Below are positions 1 through 10,541 of a stretch of 64,000 nt of DNA, piece after piece. Both the position numbers and the translations under genes were made by a program. Positions within the stretch are counted from its first letter, which is position 1. Each line of letters begins with the position of its first letter. The DNA is from an uncultured Verrucomicrobiae bacterium (GTDB lineage Bacteria > Verrucomicrobiota > Verrucomicrobiia > Limisphaerales > Palsa-1400), in assembly GCA_963702845.1 (NCBI GenBank), contig OY969763.1:2720001-2784000 (forward strand). The letters are read 5' to 3'. The notes beneath the pieces are model-generated. The model did no database searches. It was given only the letters and a program-made list of their open reading frames with translations, and had not been told where the DNA came from.

Positions 1-1232
1 AGGATGTGCGCACTCCGAACATTGACTCTATCGCGCATGATGGGGTGCGGTTCACGACTGGATATGTTTCTTGCCCGGTTTGTTCGCCGTCGCGCGCGGG
101 ATTTCTCACCGGGCGCTACCAGGAACGGTTTGGGCACGAGGCTAATCCGCTGGCGAAATTCGACAAAGTCTTTGGGCTGCCGGTCGATCAAATCACGATC
201 GCGGGTGAATTGAAGCGCAATGGATATGTCACCGGCGCGTTCGGCAAATGGCATCTCGGAGACGCTCCGAGGTTCCGTCCGCAGAAACGCGGGTTCGACG
301 AATTTTTTGGGTTCATCGGGGGGATGCACAGCTATACCCACTCGGGCACGGGTATAGGCCAGATTCGCCGTGGCGATACGCCGATTGATGAAAAGGAATA
401 TCTCACGGAGGCGATCACACGCGAGACGATGTCCTTTATCCAGCGGCACAAATCAGAACCATTTTTTGCATACGTGCCTTTCAACGCCGTTCACGTTCCA
501 CAGGAAGCGCCACAGAAATATCAGGATCGCTTCGCCGATGTGAAGGATACGAAACGAAAGCTGATGCTGGCGATGCTTTCGGCTGAAGACGATGGGGTCG
601 GCAAAATTCTGGCGACCTTGCGCGACAATCACCTCGACGAAAATACGTTGGTGATCTTCTTTAGCGACAATGGCGGCCCGACGCACGAGGACGGTTCGCG
701 CAACACACCTTTCCGAGGCTTCAAGGGTCAGGTGTGGGAAGGTGGCATTCGCATTCCGTTCATGATGCGCTGGACAGACCACATCACACCGGCGCAGGTG
801 TTCGACCAACCAGTCATTTCACTGGATATTTTCCCCACCGCTCTCGCCGCCGCCGATATTGCACCGAGCAAAAAATTGAAGCTCGACGGAGTGAATCTTC
901 TCCCATGGCTCACCAGCAAAAAGTCGGGTTCCCCACACGATAATCTTTACTGGCGCTTCAAGCCGGCCTGGGCGGTGCGCGAAGGAAATTACAAACTCGT
1001 CTTTGCCCTAGGAGAGACGAAGACGCAGCTCTTTGATCTCGCCAACGATCCCAGTGAAAAAACGGATCTCTCCGCGCGGAAACCGGAAGTGGTTCAGGAG
1101 ATGCAAAAGAAGTTCGACATTTGGAACGCCCAACTCATGGAACCGCGTTGGCCCGGCCGGCAGGAAGGTGCTCACGAGGGCAAACCAATCGCGATGGGCA
1201 TTCCCGGCATTAGCGGCGTGAGTGATGATTAG
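1..1232 (+). CDS. Arylsulfatase-family sulfatase (5' partial)
   Basis: FGly motif CSPSRAGFLTG, GKWHLG, FFSDNGG, GFKGQVWEGGIRIP. The frame is open to the window edge. Confidence 0.92.
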   Translation, partial: DVRTPNIDSIAHDGVRFTTGYVSCPVCSPSRAGFLTGRYQERFGHEANPLAKFDKVFGLPVDQITIAGELKRNGYVTGAFGKWHLGDAPRFRPQKRGFDEFFGFIGGMHSYTHSGTGIGQIRRGDTPIDEKEYLTEAITRETMSFIQRHKSEPFFAYVPFNAVHVPQEAPQKYQDRFADVKDTKRKLMLAMLSAEDDGVGKILATLRDNHLDENTLVIFFSDNGGPTHEDGSRNTPFRGFKGQVWEGGIRIPFMMRWTDHITPAQVFDQPVISLDIFPTALAAADIAPSKKLKLDGVNLLPWLTSKKSGSPHDNLYWRFKPAWAVREGNYKLVFALGETKTQLFDLANDPSEKTDLSARKPEVVQEMQKKFDIWNAQLMEPRWPGRQEGAHEGKPIAMGIPGISGVSDD

Positions 1233-1251
1233 GGGCGAAGGCTGAAAAAGT

Positions 1252-1276
1252 GGGACGACGTGGAAGTCATCCTACC
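1252..1276 (-). repeat. REP-like palindrome
   Basis: Minus strand reads GGTAGGATGACTTCCACGTCGTCCC: GTAG followed by an imperfect hairpin, intergenic. Confidence 0.55.
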
Positions 1277-1285
1277 ACGAAAAGA

Positions 1286-1315
1286 CGAAGCGCCGAATTT
1301 TTGTTCGGCGCTTCG
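1286..1315. terminator. Hairpin between convergent genes (likely bidirectional terminator)
   Basis: Perfect 12-bp inverted repeat CGAAGCGCCGAA / TTCGGCGCTTCG. Confidence 0.7.
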
Positions 1316-1336
1316 CACTGATTAAAACGAACCGAA

Positions 1337-2725
1337 TTATAAGGCTCGTGTTACACCAGGAACTGCCACGGGATAAACGCCATCGGCATTTGGCATCACG
1401 GGAGGGGCATCATTCCACGTTGTAATCTCGGGCATCAACACCAACTTCGAATTGAAGGCATCGTCCCATTCGATCTGCTCGCCGGAATACGTCGCCATAC
1501 GGCCCATGATCGCGGTCATGGTGCTGTAAGCTGAGGCATCCACTTCGTTATATTTCTGGTCGTTTCGCACTGCAGCGATCAAATCGCGATGTTCCTGCAC
1601 ATAGGGCTCATTGCCGCCCTTAAAACGAAACGGTTTCGGACCTTTAATTTGAGACCTGTTAGAGCCGCCGAAATCCACCGAACCCTTGGTGCCGATCGCG
1701 TGTTCGGAAGTATTACCCCACAACTTGGGAATCTGGCTGCATTCGCTAGTCATGTGCGTGCCGTCCTCGTATTCGAACTCAACAAAGTGATGGTCGAAAA
1801 TCTGACCGTTCAATTTGGGATCATTGCGAACTTGCCGACCACCCAAGCCGTGCGCGCGAATCGGATGAGCGGGCTTTGTCGGGTCAAGAGTTTTGATCCA
1901 GTTGCCCACGTCAATATTGTGGCAATGCTGTTCGACGATATGGTCGCCCGAAAGATAGGTGAAGAAATACCAGTTGCGGATTTGATATGCCAACTCACTC
2001 TCGCCGGGAAGCTTCGGGATACCGCCGCGTGAACCGCCGCGCCAATAAACGCGGATCGCCAGGATTTCGCCAATGTCACCGCCATGCACTCGTTTCATCA
2101 TTTCGAGATAGGAATTCTCGTGATGACGTTGGAACCCGACACCGCACTTCAGATTCTTCTCTTTTGCAATCTGATTGGCAGCAAGAATGCGACGAACGCC
2201 GGGAGCGTCGGTCCCCATCGGCTTTTCCATGAAAACGTGTTTTCCCTGGCGAACGGCTTCTTCGAAATGCACCGGGCGAAAACCGGGAGGGCCCGCGATG
2301 ATGACGACATCAGCCTCCGCAATCGCTTTTTTGTAGGCGTCAAAACCAACGAACTGGCGAGCTGGAGGAACATCAATTTGCTTCGCCTGTGCCTTGTCTA
2401 CCTTCATCTTGATCGGCTTGGCTGCGGTTGGATCCTCGGCCGCTTCCTGCCCCATGAGCACTGCCAAACTTTCGTCGATCCGTTTCTGGAACACGTCAGC
2501 CATTGCGACCAATCTCGTTCCAGGCACTTTCAAAGCATTGTCAACCGCGCCTGAACCGCGATTACCGCAGCCGACGAGAGCCAGTTTGATCTCATCGCTG
2601 CCCGCAGCAAAGGCAGAGCGTTCGATGCTTAACCCGCCGAGCAACGAAAGGCCGGCGGCCGTGGTGGTGGTATTTTTAATAAAGCTGCGGCGGGAGAGCG
2701 CAGATTGTTCATTTGGCGTTGACAT
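1337..2725 (-). CDS. Tat-exported Gfo/Idh/MocA oxidoreductase
   Basis: SRRSFIK twin-arginine signal, LVGCGNRGSGA, HVFMEKP, GDHIVEQHCHNID. Confidence 0.9.
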   Translation of the reverse strand: MSTPNEQSALSRRSFIKNTTTTAAGLSLLGGLSIERSAFAAGSDEIKLALVGCGNRGSGAVDNALKVPGTRLVAMADVFQKRIDESLAVLMGQEAAEDPTAAKPIKMKVDKAQAKQIDVPPARQFVGFDAYKKAIAEADVVIIAGPPGFRPVHFEEAVRQGKHVFMEKPMGTDAPGVRRILAANQIAKEKNLKCGVGFQRHHENSYLEMMKRVHGGDIGEILAIRVYWRGGSRGGIPKLPGESELAYQIRNWYFFTYLSGDHIVEQHCHNIDVGNWIKTLDPTKPAHPIRAHGLGGRQVRNDPKLNGQIFDHHFVEFEYEDGTHMTSECSQIPKLWGNTSEHAIGTKGSVDFGGSNRSQIKGPKPFRFKGGNEPYVQEHRDLIAAVRNDQKYNEVDASAYSTMTAIMGRMATYSGEQIEWDDAFNSKLVLMPEITTWNDAPPVMPNADGVYPVAVPGVTRAL

Positions 2726-2833
2726 AAGTTAGGTAAAAACGCTTTGTTTATAGTGACAGACGACATTAAGACGCATTAATGTCGTTTGTGGTTTCGAATT
2801 ATTACGATTTCGTATAAACTCATTTTTTACAAC

Positions 2834-3481
2834 ATGAAAATATTTATTGATAGTGCAGATGTGGACAAAATTCGTGAAGCTTGGGGTTGGGGCATCATTG
2901 ATGGCGTGACCACTAACCCCAGTCACGTTGCCAAAACCGGTCGCAAACACATGGATGTGTACCGCGAGATCCTGGACATCGTAGACGGCCCGATCAGCCT
3001 CGAAACCATTTCGTTAAGCGCAAAAGAAATCGTGGACGAAGGTCGCGCTTTGGCGAAAATGCACAAGAATGTGGTGGTCAAAGTACCGATAATTCGCGAA
3101 GGCCTAATCGCCGTCAAACAACTCACGGCCGAAGGCATCAAGACGAATGTGACCGTCACATTCTCGCCTCTTCAGGCGTTGCTCGCGGCAAAATGTGGCG
3201 CGACTTACATCAGCCCATTCGTTGGACGCCTCGATGCCATTGGTCATAACGGCATGGATTGCATCAAACAGATCCGCGCGATTTACGATAATTACGATTT
3301 CGAAACACAAATCCTGACTGCCGCCGTGCGCCATCCGCTGCACGTCCTCGAAGCGGCGATGGCTGGTTCGGACTGTATCACCATGGCATTTGATGTTCTC
3401 GAACAGCTCTACAATCATCCGCTGACCGACATCGGCGTGGATATCTTCTTGAAGGATTGGGCGAAAGTGCCGAAGGCGTAA
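2834..3481 (+). CDS. tal: Transaldolase (short TalC/Fsa family)
   Basis: IFIDSA, GVTTNPS, VVVKVP (Schiff-base Lys), [10 protein letters not shown]. Glu in PISLET and Phe in SPF favour transaldolase over FSA. Confidence 0.88.
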   Translation: MKIFIDSADVDKIREAWGWGIIDGVTTNPSHVAKTGRKHMDVYREILDIVDGPISLETISLSAKEIVDEGRALAKMHKNVVVKVPIIREGLIAVKQLTAEGIKTNVTVTFSPLQALLAAKCGATYISPFVGRLDAIGHNGMDCIKQIRAIYDNYDFETQILTAAVRHPLHVLEAAMAGSDCITMAFDVLEQLYNHPLTDIGVDIFLKDWAKVPKA

Positions 3482-3499
3482 CAATCGCCAATGGTTTTA

Positions 3500-3532
3500 A
3501 ACCACCAAGATATTCCTGGTGTCTTGGTGGTT
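3500..3532. repeat. Intergenic hairpin
   Basis: AACCACCAAGA / TCTTGGTGGTT inverted repeat. Confidence 0.5.
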
Positions 3533-3543
3533 AAACTTCGCCT

Positions 3544-4584
3544 GTGAAACTTCGATTCGGCTTTATTGGTGTGGGAGCGATGGGGTTGAGCCACGTGAAT
3601 TCGTTCGCGCGGCTTTGTGGCGACAAAGTCGAAATCGCGGCGGTTTGCACCACCAATAAGACCACCGTCAAAAAAGTTCACGACGTCGCTCCGCACGCCA
3701 AGGTCTTCGAAAATGAAAGCGAGCTAATTGATTCGCGATTGGACGCGATTGTCGTTTCAACACCGAATTTTACACACGCGAAATTGGCGCAGGAAATTTT
3801 GGCCGCAGGCAAGCACCTGTTTTTGGAGAAGCCGATTGGAATCACTCCTGAGGAGTGCCAGCAAGTGATCGCGGCGAGTGAGAAGTCAGATCGCATTGTG
3901 ATGGTCGGTCATGAACTGCGTTACTCGCCGTTTTTCCAGAAGCTCAAAGATCTCGTCGATGCCGGTGAGGTCGGAAAACCGCACATGGTTTGGTGCCGCG
4001 AATTTCGTGGGCCGTTCCAGCCGAAGACCGGCAATTGGATTCAGGACGATCGCAAGTCGGGAGGAACGTTGGTGGACAAGAACTGCCACCACTTCGACCT
4101 TATGAACTGGTGGATTGGTTCAAGGCCAAAGAGCGTTTGCGCGTTCGGCGGCAACGCGGTTAACCGTGTCATGGACGGCCCGTACCAGGGGAACGATCAC
4201 GTCTCGATGAGTTTTGAATACGCCAATGGCGTGCGTGGCACGCATCACCTTTGCATGTTTGCATTGGACTTTCCGCGTGAAGATCTCGAAATGGGAATCA
4301 TTGGTGACGGCGGCTTGTTGCAAACGCGCATTTCCGATATTCAAATTCTCCAATGGAAGCGCGGGTTTCAGCAAAAGGAACCAATCGTTCACAACGTGAA
4401 GGCCAAGTTTGGCGAGGGTTGGGGCAGTCATCTTGGCTTCGACGAAATCCATCACGAGTTTGTGAATTGCATATTGGAGCAGCGTCCACCTTTGACCACC
4501 CCTCGCAATTGTATCGATGGCACATTGCTGGCGATTGCCGGCGAAGAATCTATTCGCAAGGGGCAGATTGTCGAAATAGCTTAG
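3544..4584 (+). CDS. Gfo/Idh/MocA oxidoreductase
   Basis: FIGVGAMG, STPNFTH, HLFLEKP, GGTLVDKNCHHFD. Confidence 0.9.
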   Translation: MKLRFGFIGVGAMGLSHVNSFARLCGDKVEIAAVCTTNKTTVKKVHDVAPHAKVFENESELIDSRLDAIVVSTPNFTHAKLAQEILAAGKHLFLEKPIGITPEECQQVIAASEKSDRIVMVGHELRYSPFFQKLKDLVDAGEVGKPHMVWCREFRGPFQPKTGNWIQDDRKSGGTLVDKNCHHFDLMNWWIGSRPKSVCAFGGNAVNRVMDGPYQGNDHVSMSFEYANGVRGTHHLCMFALDFPREDLEMGIIGDGGLLQTRISDIQILQWKRGFQQKEPIVHNVKAKFGEGWGSHLGFDEIHHEFVNCILEQRPPLTTPRNCIDGTLLAIAGEESIRKGQIVEIA

Positions 4585-4590
4585 AATTTT

Positions 4591-6012
4591 ATGAAAACTT
4601 ACCCTGTGTATTTAAATGGCGAGTTTGTCACGACTGGCAAAACTATGCCGGTGACGAATCCCGCCACGGACGAAGCGTTCGCGAGCGTTTCAGTCGTGGA
4701 ACGCGCGCAGGTCGCGCAAGCTGTGAAGGACGCACACACGGCGTTTGAGTCGTGGCGCAAACTCACGGCCAAGGCTCGTGGCGAGTTTTTGCATAAGATC
4801 GCCAACGAACTCGAGAAGCGCCGCGATGAAATTGCCGGCATCATCACAATGGAAAACGGCAAGCCGCTGGCGCAAAGCGTTGGGGAAGTCGGCATGACCG
4901 TCGATCATTTGCGCTGGTTCGCCGAAGAAGGCCGTCGGGCGTATGGCCGAATGATTCCGCACCAGACCGACGGCAAACGCAACATGGTGATCAAGACTCC
5001 CATCGGCGTCGTCGGCGCGATTGCTCCCTGGAATTTCCCGCTGGTTCTTTCGATTCGCAAAGTGGCCCCTGCCCTCGCGGCGGGTTGCACCGTAATTTTG
5101 AAACCGGCGAGCCACACGCCGATTTCCAGCGTGCTGTTCGCGGAAGCGTGTCAGGCGGTCGGGTTGCCCAAAGGTGTGTTTCAAATGGTCGTCGGTAAAG
5201 CGTCGGAAATCGCCGCGGAATTTTTGGAAAATCCGCTGGTTCGGAAAATTACTTTCACAGGGTCAACTGAAGTCGGCAAAAATCTGGTCATGGGTGCAGC
5301 CGCAAACCTCAAGCCGCTGTCACTCGAACTGGGCGGTTTAAATCCTGTGCTGGTATTTGATGATGCGGATGTGGAAAAAGCCGTCGAAGGCGCGATGCTC
5401 GCAAAGTTCCGCAACACCGGCCAATCCTGCATCGCTGCGAACCGAATTTTCGTTCAGTCCGGTATTTACGACAAATTCACGAAGCTGTTCGCCGAAAAAG
5501 CCAAAGGCCTCAAGACTGGCGATGGCTTCGAACAAGGCGTCGAGGTCGGCGCGATGATCGACGAAAACGCGGTGAAGAAGGCTGAAGAGCACGTGCAGGA
5601 CGCGGTGAAACACGGTGCGAGATTGCTATGCGGCGGCAAGCGTTTGGACCGAAAAGGATTTTTCTTCGAGCCAACTGTTCTCGTAGACGTTCCGCCCGGC
5701 AGCTTGTGCATGGGTGAAGAAACCTTCGCACCGGTCGCCGCGATTGCCCGGTTCGAAACCGAACAGCAAGGCATCGACCTCGCCAACGCGTCGCAATTCG
5801 GCCTGAGCGCCTATGTGTTTACCCGCGATTTAAGCCGCACTTTCAGATTGGCTGAGAACATCGAAGCTGGAATGATAGGCGTTAACGACGGACTTCCGAC
5901 CACGAGCAACGCGCCGTTTGGCGGAGTGAAACAAAGCGGCTGGGGACGGGAACTTGGCAGCGAAGGGCTTGACGCTTTTCTTGAAACCAAGCACATCTCA
6001 ATTGCCGTCTAG
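4591..6012 (+). CDS. gabD: NAD(P)-dependent aldehyde dehydrogenase, succinate-semialdehyde dehydrogenase-like
   Basis: PWNFP, FTGSTEVG, LELGG, FRNTGQSCIA, EETFAP, APFGGVKQSG. Confidence 0.8.
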   Translation: MKTYPVYLNGEFVTTGKTMPVTNPATDEAFASVSVVERAQVAQAVKDAHTAFESWRKLTAKARGEFLHKIANELEKRRDEIAGIITMENGKPLAQSVGEVGMTVDHLRWFAEEGRRAYGRMIPHQTDGKRNMVIKTPIGVVGAIAPWNFPLVLSIRKVAPALAAGCTVILKPASHTPISSVLFAEACQAVGLPKGVFQMVVGKASEIAAEFLENPLVRKITFTGSTEVGKNLVMGAAANLKPLSLELGGLNPVLVFDDADVEKAVEGAMLAKFRNTGQSCIAANRIFVQSGIYDKFTKLFAEKAKGLKTGDGFEQGVEVGAMIDENAVKKAEEHVQDAVKHGARLLCGGKRLDRKGFFFEPTVLVDVPPGSLCMGEETFAPVAAIARFETEQQGIDLANASQFGLSAYVFTRDLSRTFRLAENIEAGMIGVNDGLPTTSNAPFGGVKQSGWGRELGSEGLDAFLETKHISIAV

Positions 6013-6064
6013 GATAGTGCCGCATGGCGTTAATTTTTTGAAACTGAATATTTGATCCGACAGT

Positions 6065-6832
6065 ATGGACAAACCAAAACCAGCTAATTTTCTCGCGAAC
6101 GATTCTGCGAAATTCACTTACGTTGAAAAATCCAGCCCGCAATCGTCAAACCTCAGTTTCCTCACCTACGGCGTTTACGAATTGAATGGCGCCATTGGCA
6201 GCGGCGCACTCGCCCATCCTGGCGAAGAGGCCCTGCTCTTTTGCTGGAAAGGCTCTGCCGAAGCACAAGTCGACGGCAAGACTTACAGCCTGGAACATTA
6301 CGACGTCCTCTACATTCCGCGCGGCGCAACGTATCGTCTTGTCGCAGACACAAGGCAGTCGAAAGTAATCGTTTGCCGCGCGACAGCGGACAAAACGCAC
6401 CCGGTTTATTACGCGAACTGGAAACAAGTTTCGAAAGACGAAAAGCGCATCCGCCATCTCAAAGGCAAGGACGTGTTCCTCATGTTCGATGTCAGTGAAG
6501 GCGCGGAAAAACTAATCGCCGGCTACACCATTTTCCAACCGCACCAACGCTCCTATCCGCCGCACAATCACACCGACCAGGAAGAAGTTTATATCTTCAC
6601 CGAAGGCCGCGGCTCGATGGAAGTTTACGCGGATGAAGAATCAAAAAGCTTCGTACGTTCCGTCAATGAAGGCGACGCAGTCACGATTCCCCTATTGAAT
6701 TACCATCCGGTATTCAGCCAGGAAGAGGAACTGCATTTCATCTGGTGCATCGCCGGAAATCGCTACTGGGTTGGCGACAAAAATAAAGATTTCATGACGG
6801 GCAAGCAAAGTGACGATAAGCTGACGACGTAA
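6065..6832 (+). CDS. Bicupin, IolB/KduI-like sugar-acid isomerase
   Basis: YDVLYIPRG, SYPPHNH...EEVYIF, YHP cupin metal motifs. Confidence 0.7.
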   Translation: MDKPKPANFLANDSAKFTYVEKSSPQSSNLSFLTYGVYELNGAIGSGALAHPGEEALLFCWKGSAEAQVDGKTYSLEHYDVLYIPRGATYRLVADTRQSKVIVCRATADKTHPVYYANWKQVSKDEKRIRHLKGKDVFLMFDVSEGAEKLIAGYTIFQPHQRSYPPHNHTDQEEVYIFTEGRGSMEVYADEESKSFVRSVNEGDAVTIPLLNYHPVFSQEEELHFIWCIAGNRYWVGDKNKDFMTGKQSDDKLTT

Positions 6833-6851
6833 CAGGATTGCCGCTGAGCGC

Positions 6852-8037
6852 TCATCTCGCAACATTACACGTTGCGAACATCTTTTCGATGATCATCGAT
6901 ATAGCTGTCGAAACTGAATTTTTCGTTCACCAGTTTCAGGCCGTTCTCGCCCATTTGGCGCGCCAATCAATTTGTCGCGGAGCAGTCGTTCGAGGCGTTC
7001 GGCGTAAGCGGTGCAATCCGAAGCGGGAACAAGATAGCCGTTCTGGCCATCAACCAACCAATCGGAAATACCGCCGACATCAAACGCTACCACCGGCAAC
7101 CCATATCGCATCGCTTCCATGCCAATCGTCGCAAAAGGCTCCGGCCAGATCGAGCTGATCGCCACCACGCTGCATTCCTTATAAAACTCCTGAAGCTGCT
7201 CTTGCGGCACGAACCCGAGAAATCGAACACGGTCTTGCAGGCCGAGCTTCACGCTTAATTTCTCGCAATATTCTTTGTGCGATCCTTCTCCGAGGATGAT
7301 GCATTCAAAAGGCATTGTGACCAACGCGAGCGCACGCAACAAAACGTCCACGCCTTTGCCGCGAATGATTTGCCCGGCGTAAAAAATCAGGTTTTTATCG
7401 CTGAAATTGCTGCGCACCGATGGATCGCCCGCGCGAGGAACCGGCGGATGGATTTCAATTTTTCTCACATCAAATCCATTTCGCAAGAGCTCATTGCGCA
7501 TATATCGCGAAACCACCACGAGCCGATTGAACTGATTGATTGAGCGCGATTTCCTTTTTCTTATCGAAATAGCTCACCCATTTCACCGGCAGCAACCCTC
7601 CCCGATTCCGCGCAACTGAAGCCGCCGCACGGAAAAACGCAATACGCCGAGGCCGCGCGCTTACAAACTTTGCGCGAAAAATAATTGTACTTATAACTGC
7701 GCATGCAATAAATGTCGTGATCGTGAATCATGCGCACCAAACGCGCGCGCGAACGCAGTAACGTTTCGATAACATCGAGGTCCGCCATCTTGTGCACATA
7801 AACAATGTCAGGGGTGAACTCCGCCAGCGCGCTTTCAACCGACTGGGTCGCATTCCCGTTCAACGCGAATTTATGCGCGAACGTATCGTTCCATCTGCTC
7901 TCCGCCTTGCCGGTGGGTCGTCCATGGATGATTCCGACGCAATGCCCGCGCCGTTTGAATTCGGTTGCAGTGAGATAAAGATTTGCTTCTGCGCCAGCCA
8001 TCGCGCCGAACCGCTCGTGAACGAACAACACTCTCAT
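6852..8037 (-). CDS. GT4 glycosyltransferase, frameshifted
   Basis: MRVLFVHE N-terminus in ORF 7561-8097. KGVDVLL and EPFATIGMEAMRYGLPVVAFDVGGI lie in ORF 6893-7519. The C-terminal LARQMGENG is in another frame. The 3' end is approximate. Confidence 0.75.
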
Positions 8038-8178
8038 TGTTATCCAGCACCATACCCGTAATCGCAGTTGCGTCGTAACGGTGGAAGCCACGAACATTTC
8101 CTGCTAGTAATCCCGATTGGAAAACCAAGCCAGACCCGATTGCCGGTGCCGGTGTGCGTTTTATGCTGGGGCAGTAAT

Positions 8179-8470
8179 ATGAAACAAAACGGCGGATCGG
8201 ACCTCTCTCACGAACTGAAAGAACTGGCGGACCAGGCCGAAGCGCTTGTCGGCGCTCGGCGGTGATGACGTAAACGAGAAAGCAAAAGAAATTCGTGACC
8301 GACTCGCCGCTGCGCTGGAAGTGATTCAAGAAACGTTCGGGGTCGTCGAAGAACACGCCGGTGAAAGTTTGAAACAGGTTGATAAAAGCATCCGCCAAAA
8401 TCCGTACCAGGCACTTGCCATTGCGCTCGGTGTGGGTCTCGCGGTCGGTCTGCTCTTGAAACGCAAATAA
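8179..8470 (+). CDS. DUF883 / ElaB-YqjD family protein, frameshift near 8255
   Basis: ELKELADQAEALV in one frame continues as ...VDKSIRQNPYQALAIALGVGLAVGLLLKRK in the next frame. Confidence 0.75.
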
Positions 8471-8482
8471 CGCTTATCGCTT

Positions 8483-8866
8483 ATGTTTGGCCTCGCCTCT
8501 ACTGGATTTGGTTTTCTGTCATCCATTCGCCGGACGTTCGACAACGCCGTTGGCGCGGTTCACAGCCGCATCGAACTTGCCGTCGTCGAGCTCCAGGAAG
8601 AGCGCGATCGCGCCGTCAACGTCCTCGTCTGGAGCGGCGTGATGCTATTTCTAGTATTCATGGCCGTCGTGGCGTTCACGTTTTGTGTCATTCTGGCACT
8701 ATGGCAATACGCGCTTTGGGTTGGATTGGGATTTGGCATCTTATACCTCGTCGGGGCGACCGTGGCTGCAGTCGTCATCCGCAAGCGTCTCAAGGCTCCG
8801 CTTTTCTCCGAAACGATGGACCAGTTACGCAAAGACCGCGAGTGGCTTTCGCCTCCGCGCGACTAA
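8483..8866 (+). CDS. YqjE / phage-holin-family membrane protein
   Basis: RIELAVVELQEE, two TM helices, QLRKDREWL. Follows DUF883 as in yqjDE. Confidence 0.8.
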   Translation: MFGLASTGFGFLSSIRRTFDNAVGAVHSRIELAVVELQEERDRAVNVLVWSGVMLFLVFMAVVAFTFCVILALWQYALWVGLGFGILYLVGATVAAVVIRKRLKAPLFSETMDQLRKDREWLSPPRD

Positions 8867-9070
8867 GCGCCGCACGTTTGTAGACAGCAGTTTACATTGC
8901 GGCTCATATAGCAGCACCTCAGATTGGCCTCCGGAAAAAGGCGACCAATTGTGCCTTAAACGTTCTCCGAACGTCAACCTCTTTTGACGTGAGTTAAGGT
9001 ATTGTTGGAAAGTAACTTCAGCGAGAAAAAGCGGCATTTCGATTGCTATTAATGCAATTGAGAATTTCGT

Positions 9071-9517
9071 ATGAACCTGACTCTGGAAATACAACCATCT
9101 GCTCCCCTGGCGAAAAATAAAGGCCCAATTCTAATTGTGGATGACAATGTTGAATTCGCTCACATGCTCGAAGAAACTATTTCGGCGTGGGGCCTTCCCA
9201 ACCCGATCCACCACCTCCTCGACGGTGCCATGTTGATCGAATATCTCACCGTGTGTTTTACCATCAGTTCCTGGATGCAACCGCTTCCTTCGTTAATCAT
9301 TTTAGACATCATCATGCCGAACTATACAGGAAGCGATGTAATGGAATGGCTCAAAAAAGCGAAGCTCGGCCACATCCCGGTCATCGCAGTCAGCGGCACC
9401 GACAAGTCGAAGTTGATCATGCGCATGCAAAAGCTCGGCGCGAAGAATTTCATTCCGAAGCCGATGGGCCCTGGTGATTACGATAAAATCAAAGAAGTTC
9501 TCGGCGTCACAGTCTGA
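9071..9517 (+). CDS. Single-domain response regulator
   Basis: ILIVDD, IILDIIMP, VIAVSG, FIPKP. Confidence 0.85.
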   Translation: MNLTLEIQPSAPLAKNKGPILIVDDNVEFAHMLEETISAWGLPNPIHHLLDGAMLIEYLTVCFTISSWMQPLPSLIILDIIMPNYTGSDVMEWLKKAKLGHIPVIAVSGTDKSKLIMRMQKLGAKNFIPKPMGPGDYDKIKEVLGVTV

Positions 9518-9669
9518 CGCAATGCTGTCTGCAACGGTCCAACGGGCGCAGACGAGCCCGCACTAAACATTTTTCCTCGCACAAAAGCAGGCCTTCGCCT
9601 AATTGCGCGCAGCCCCTGTTCTGCTTTATTCCTTAGGGCGGGTTAGAGAACGGAATTTTGGAGGAGAAT

Positions 9670-10224
9670 ATGGCCAAAGCGGTTTTTTGTATCGGCACAA
9701 GCGAGTTTCAAGCGGAAGCAATTGTTAATGATCTTAAGGCGGCGGGGTTTGCCGATAACGATATTTCGGTATTGTTCCCCGACAAAACCGGAACCAAAGA
9801 CTTCGGCCACGAACAACACACTAAAGCTCCTGAGGGCGCAGTCACTGGCGCGAGCACTTTGGGTGTGGTTGGCGGCGCGCTCGGTTGGTTGGCAGGTATC
9901 GGCGCGCTGGCAATTCCCGGTGTTGGCCCATTTATCGCAGCAGGCCCGATCATGGGCGCGTTAGGTGGAGCGGCTGTTGGTGCGGCCGTTGGCGGAATTG
10001 GTGGCGCGCTTGTCGGCATGGGGATACCTGAATACGAAGCCAAGCGTTACGAGGGAAAAATCCGCGCCGGCAATATTTTGATTTCCGTCCACACCGACAA
10101 CCCCCAGCAATCAAAGCGCGCCAAAGACATCTTCACCCAAGCCGGTGCGCAGGACATCTCTGTTACAAGCGAAGCGGGTGTTCCAGAGGCTAAACGTGCG
10201 GAAGCAACCCAGGAAGATTGGTAA
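9670..10224 (+). CDS. Gly-zipper general stress protein (DUF3341-like)
   Basis: GGAGG RBS, GALAIPGVGPFIAAGP, GMGIPEYEAKRYE. Confidence 0.75.
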   Translation: MAKAVFCIGTSEFQAEAIVNDLKAAGFADNDISVLFPDKTGTKDFGHEQHTKAPEGAVTGASTLGVVGGALGWLAGIGALAIPGVGPFIAAGPIMGALGGAAVGAAVGGIGGALVGMGIPEYEAKRYEGKIRAGNILISVHTDNPQQSKRAKDIFTQAGAQDISVTSEAGVPEAKRAEATQEDW

Positions 10225-10373
10225 CGACTCGTGTTCTGAGCGAATTCTTAGCACTGATTAAACTTCGTGTTGCCAGTGTTCTTGGCGTCGACACAGCATT
10301 CGTACATAAAAAGGCCCGAACCAAAACAGCCAGGCTGTTCCGGATTCGAGCTTTGTTACTCAACTTCTATTCG

Positions 10374-10532
10374 TTACACGCGGCGTCGCGAAATAAGCGA
10401 CACGACGAACAAGATCAAGAACACCACAAACAGGATTTGTGCAATCCACGCTGCTGTGCCCGCCAGGCCGGTAAACCCGAACACAGCCGCAAGAATTGCA
10501 ATGATTAGAAACAATACCGCATAGTTTAACAT
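10374..10532 (-). CDS. DUF1328 (YtjA-like) small membrane protein, 52 aa, not in the ORF track
   Basis: Hand translation [52 protein letters not shown] with a GGAGG RBS. Confidence 0.88.
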   Translation of the reverse strand: MLNYAVLFLIIAILAAVFGFTGLAGTAAWIAQILFVVFLILFVVSLISRRRV

Positions 10533-10541
10533 AGTTACCTC

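Noticed and set aside
8483..8866. Holin as evidence of a phage
   Set aside because: It is a YqjE-type chromosomal protein in its usual DUF883 context.
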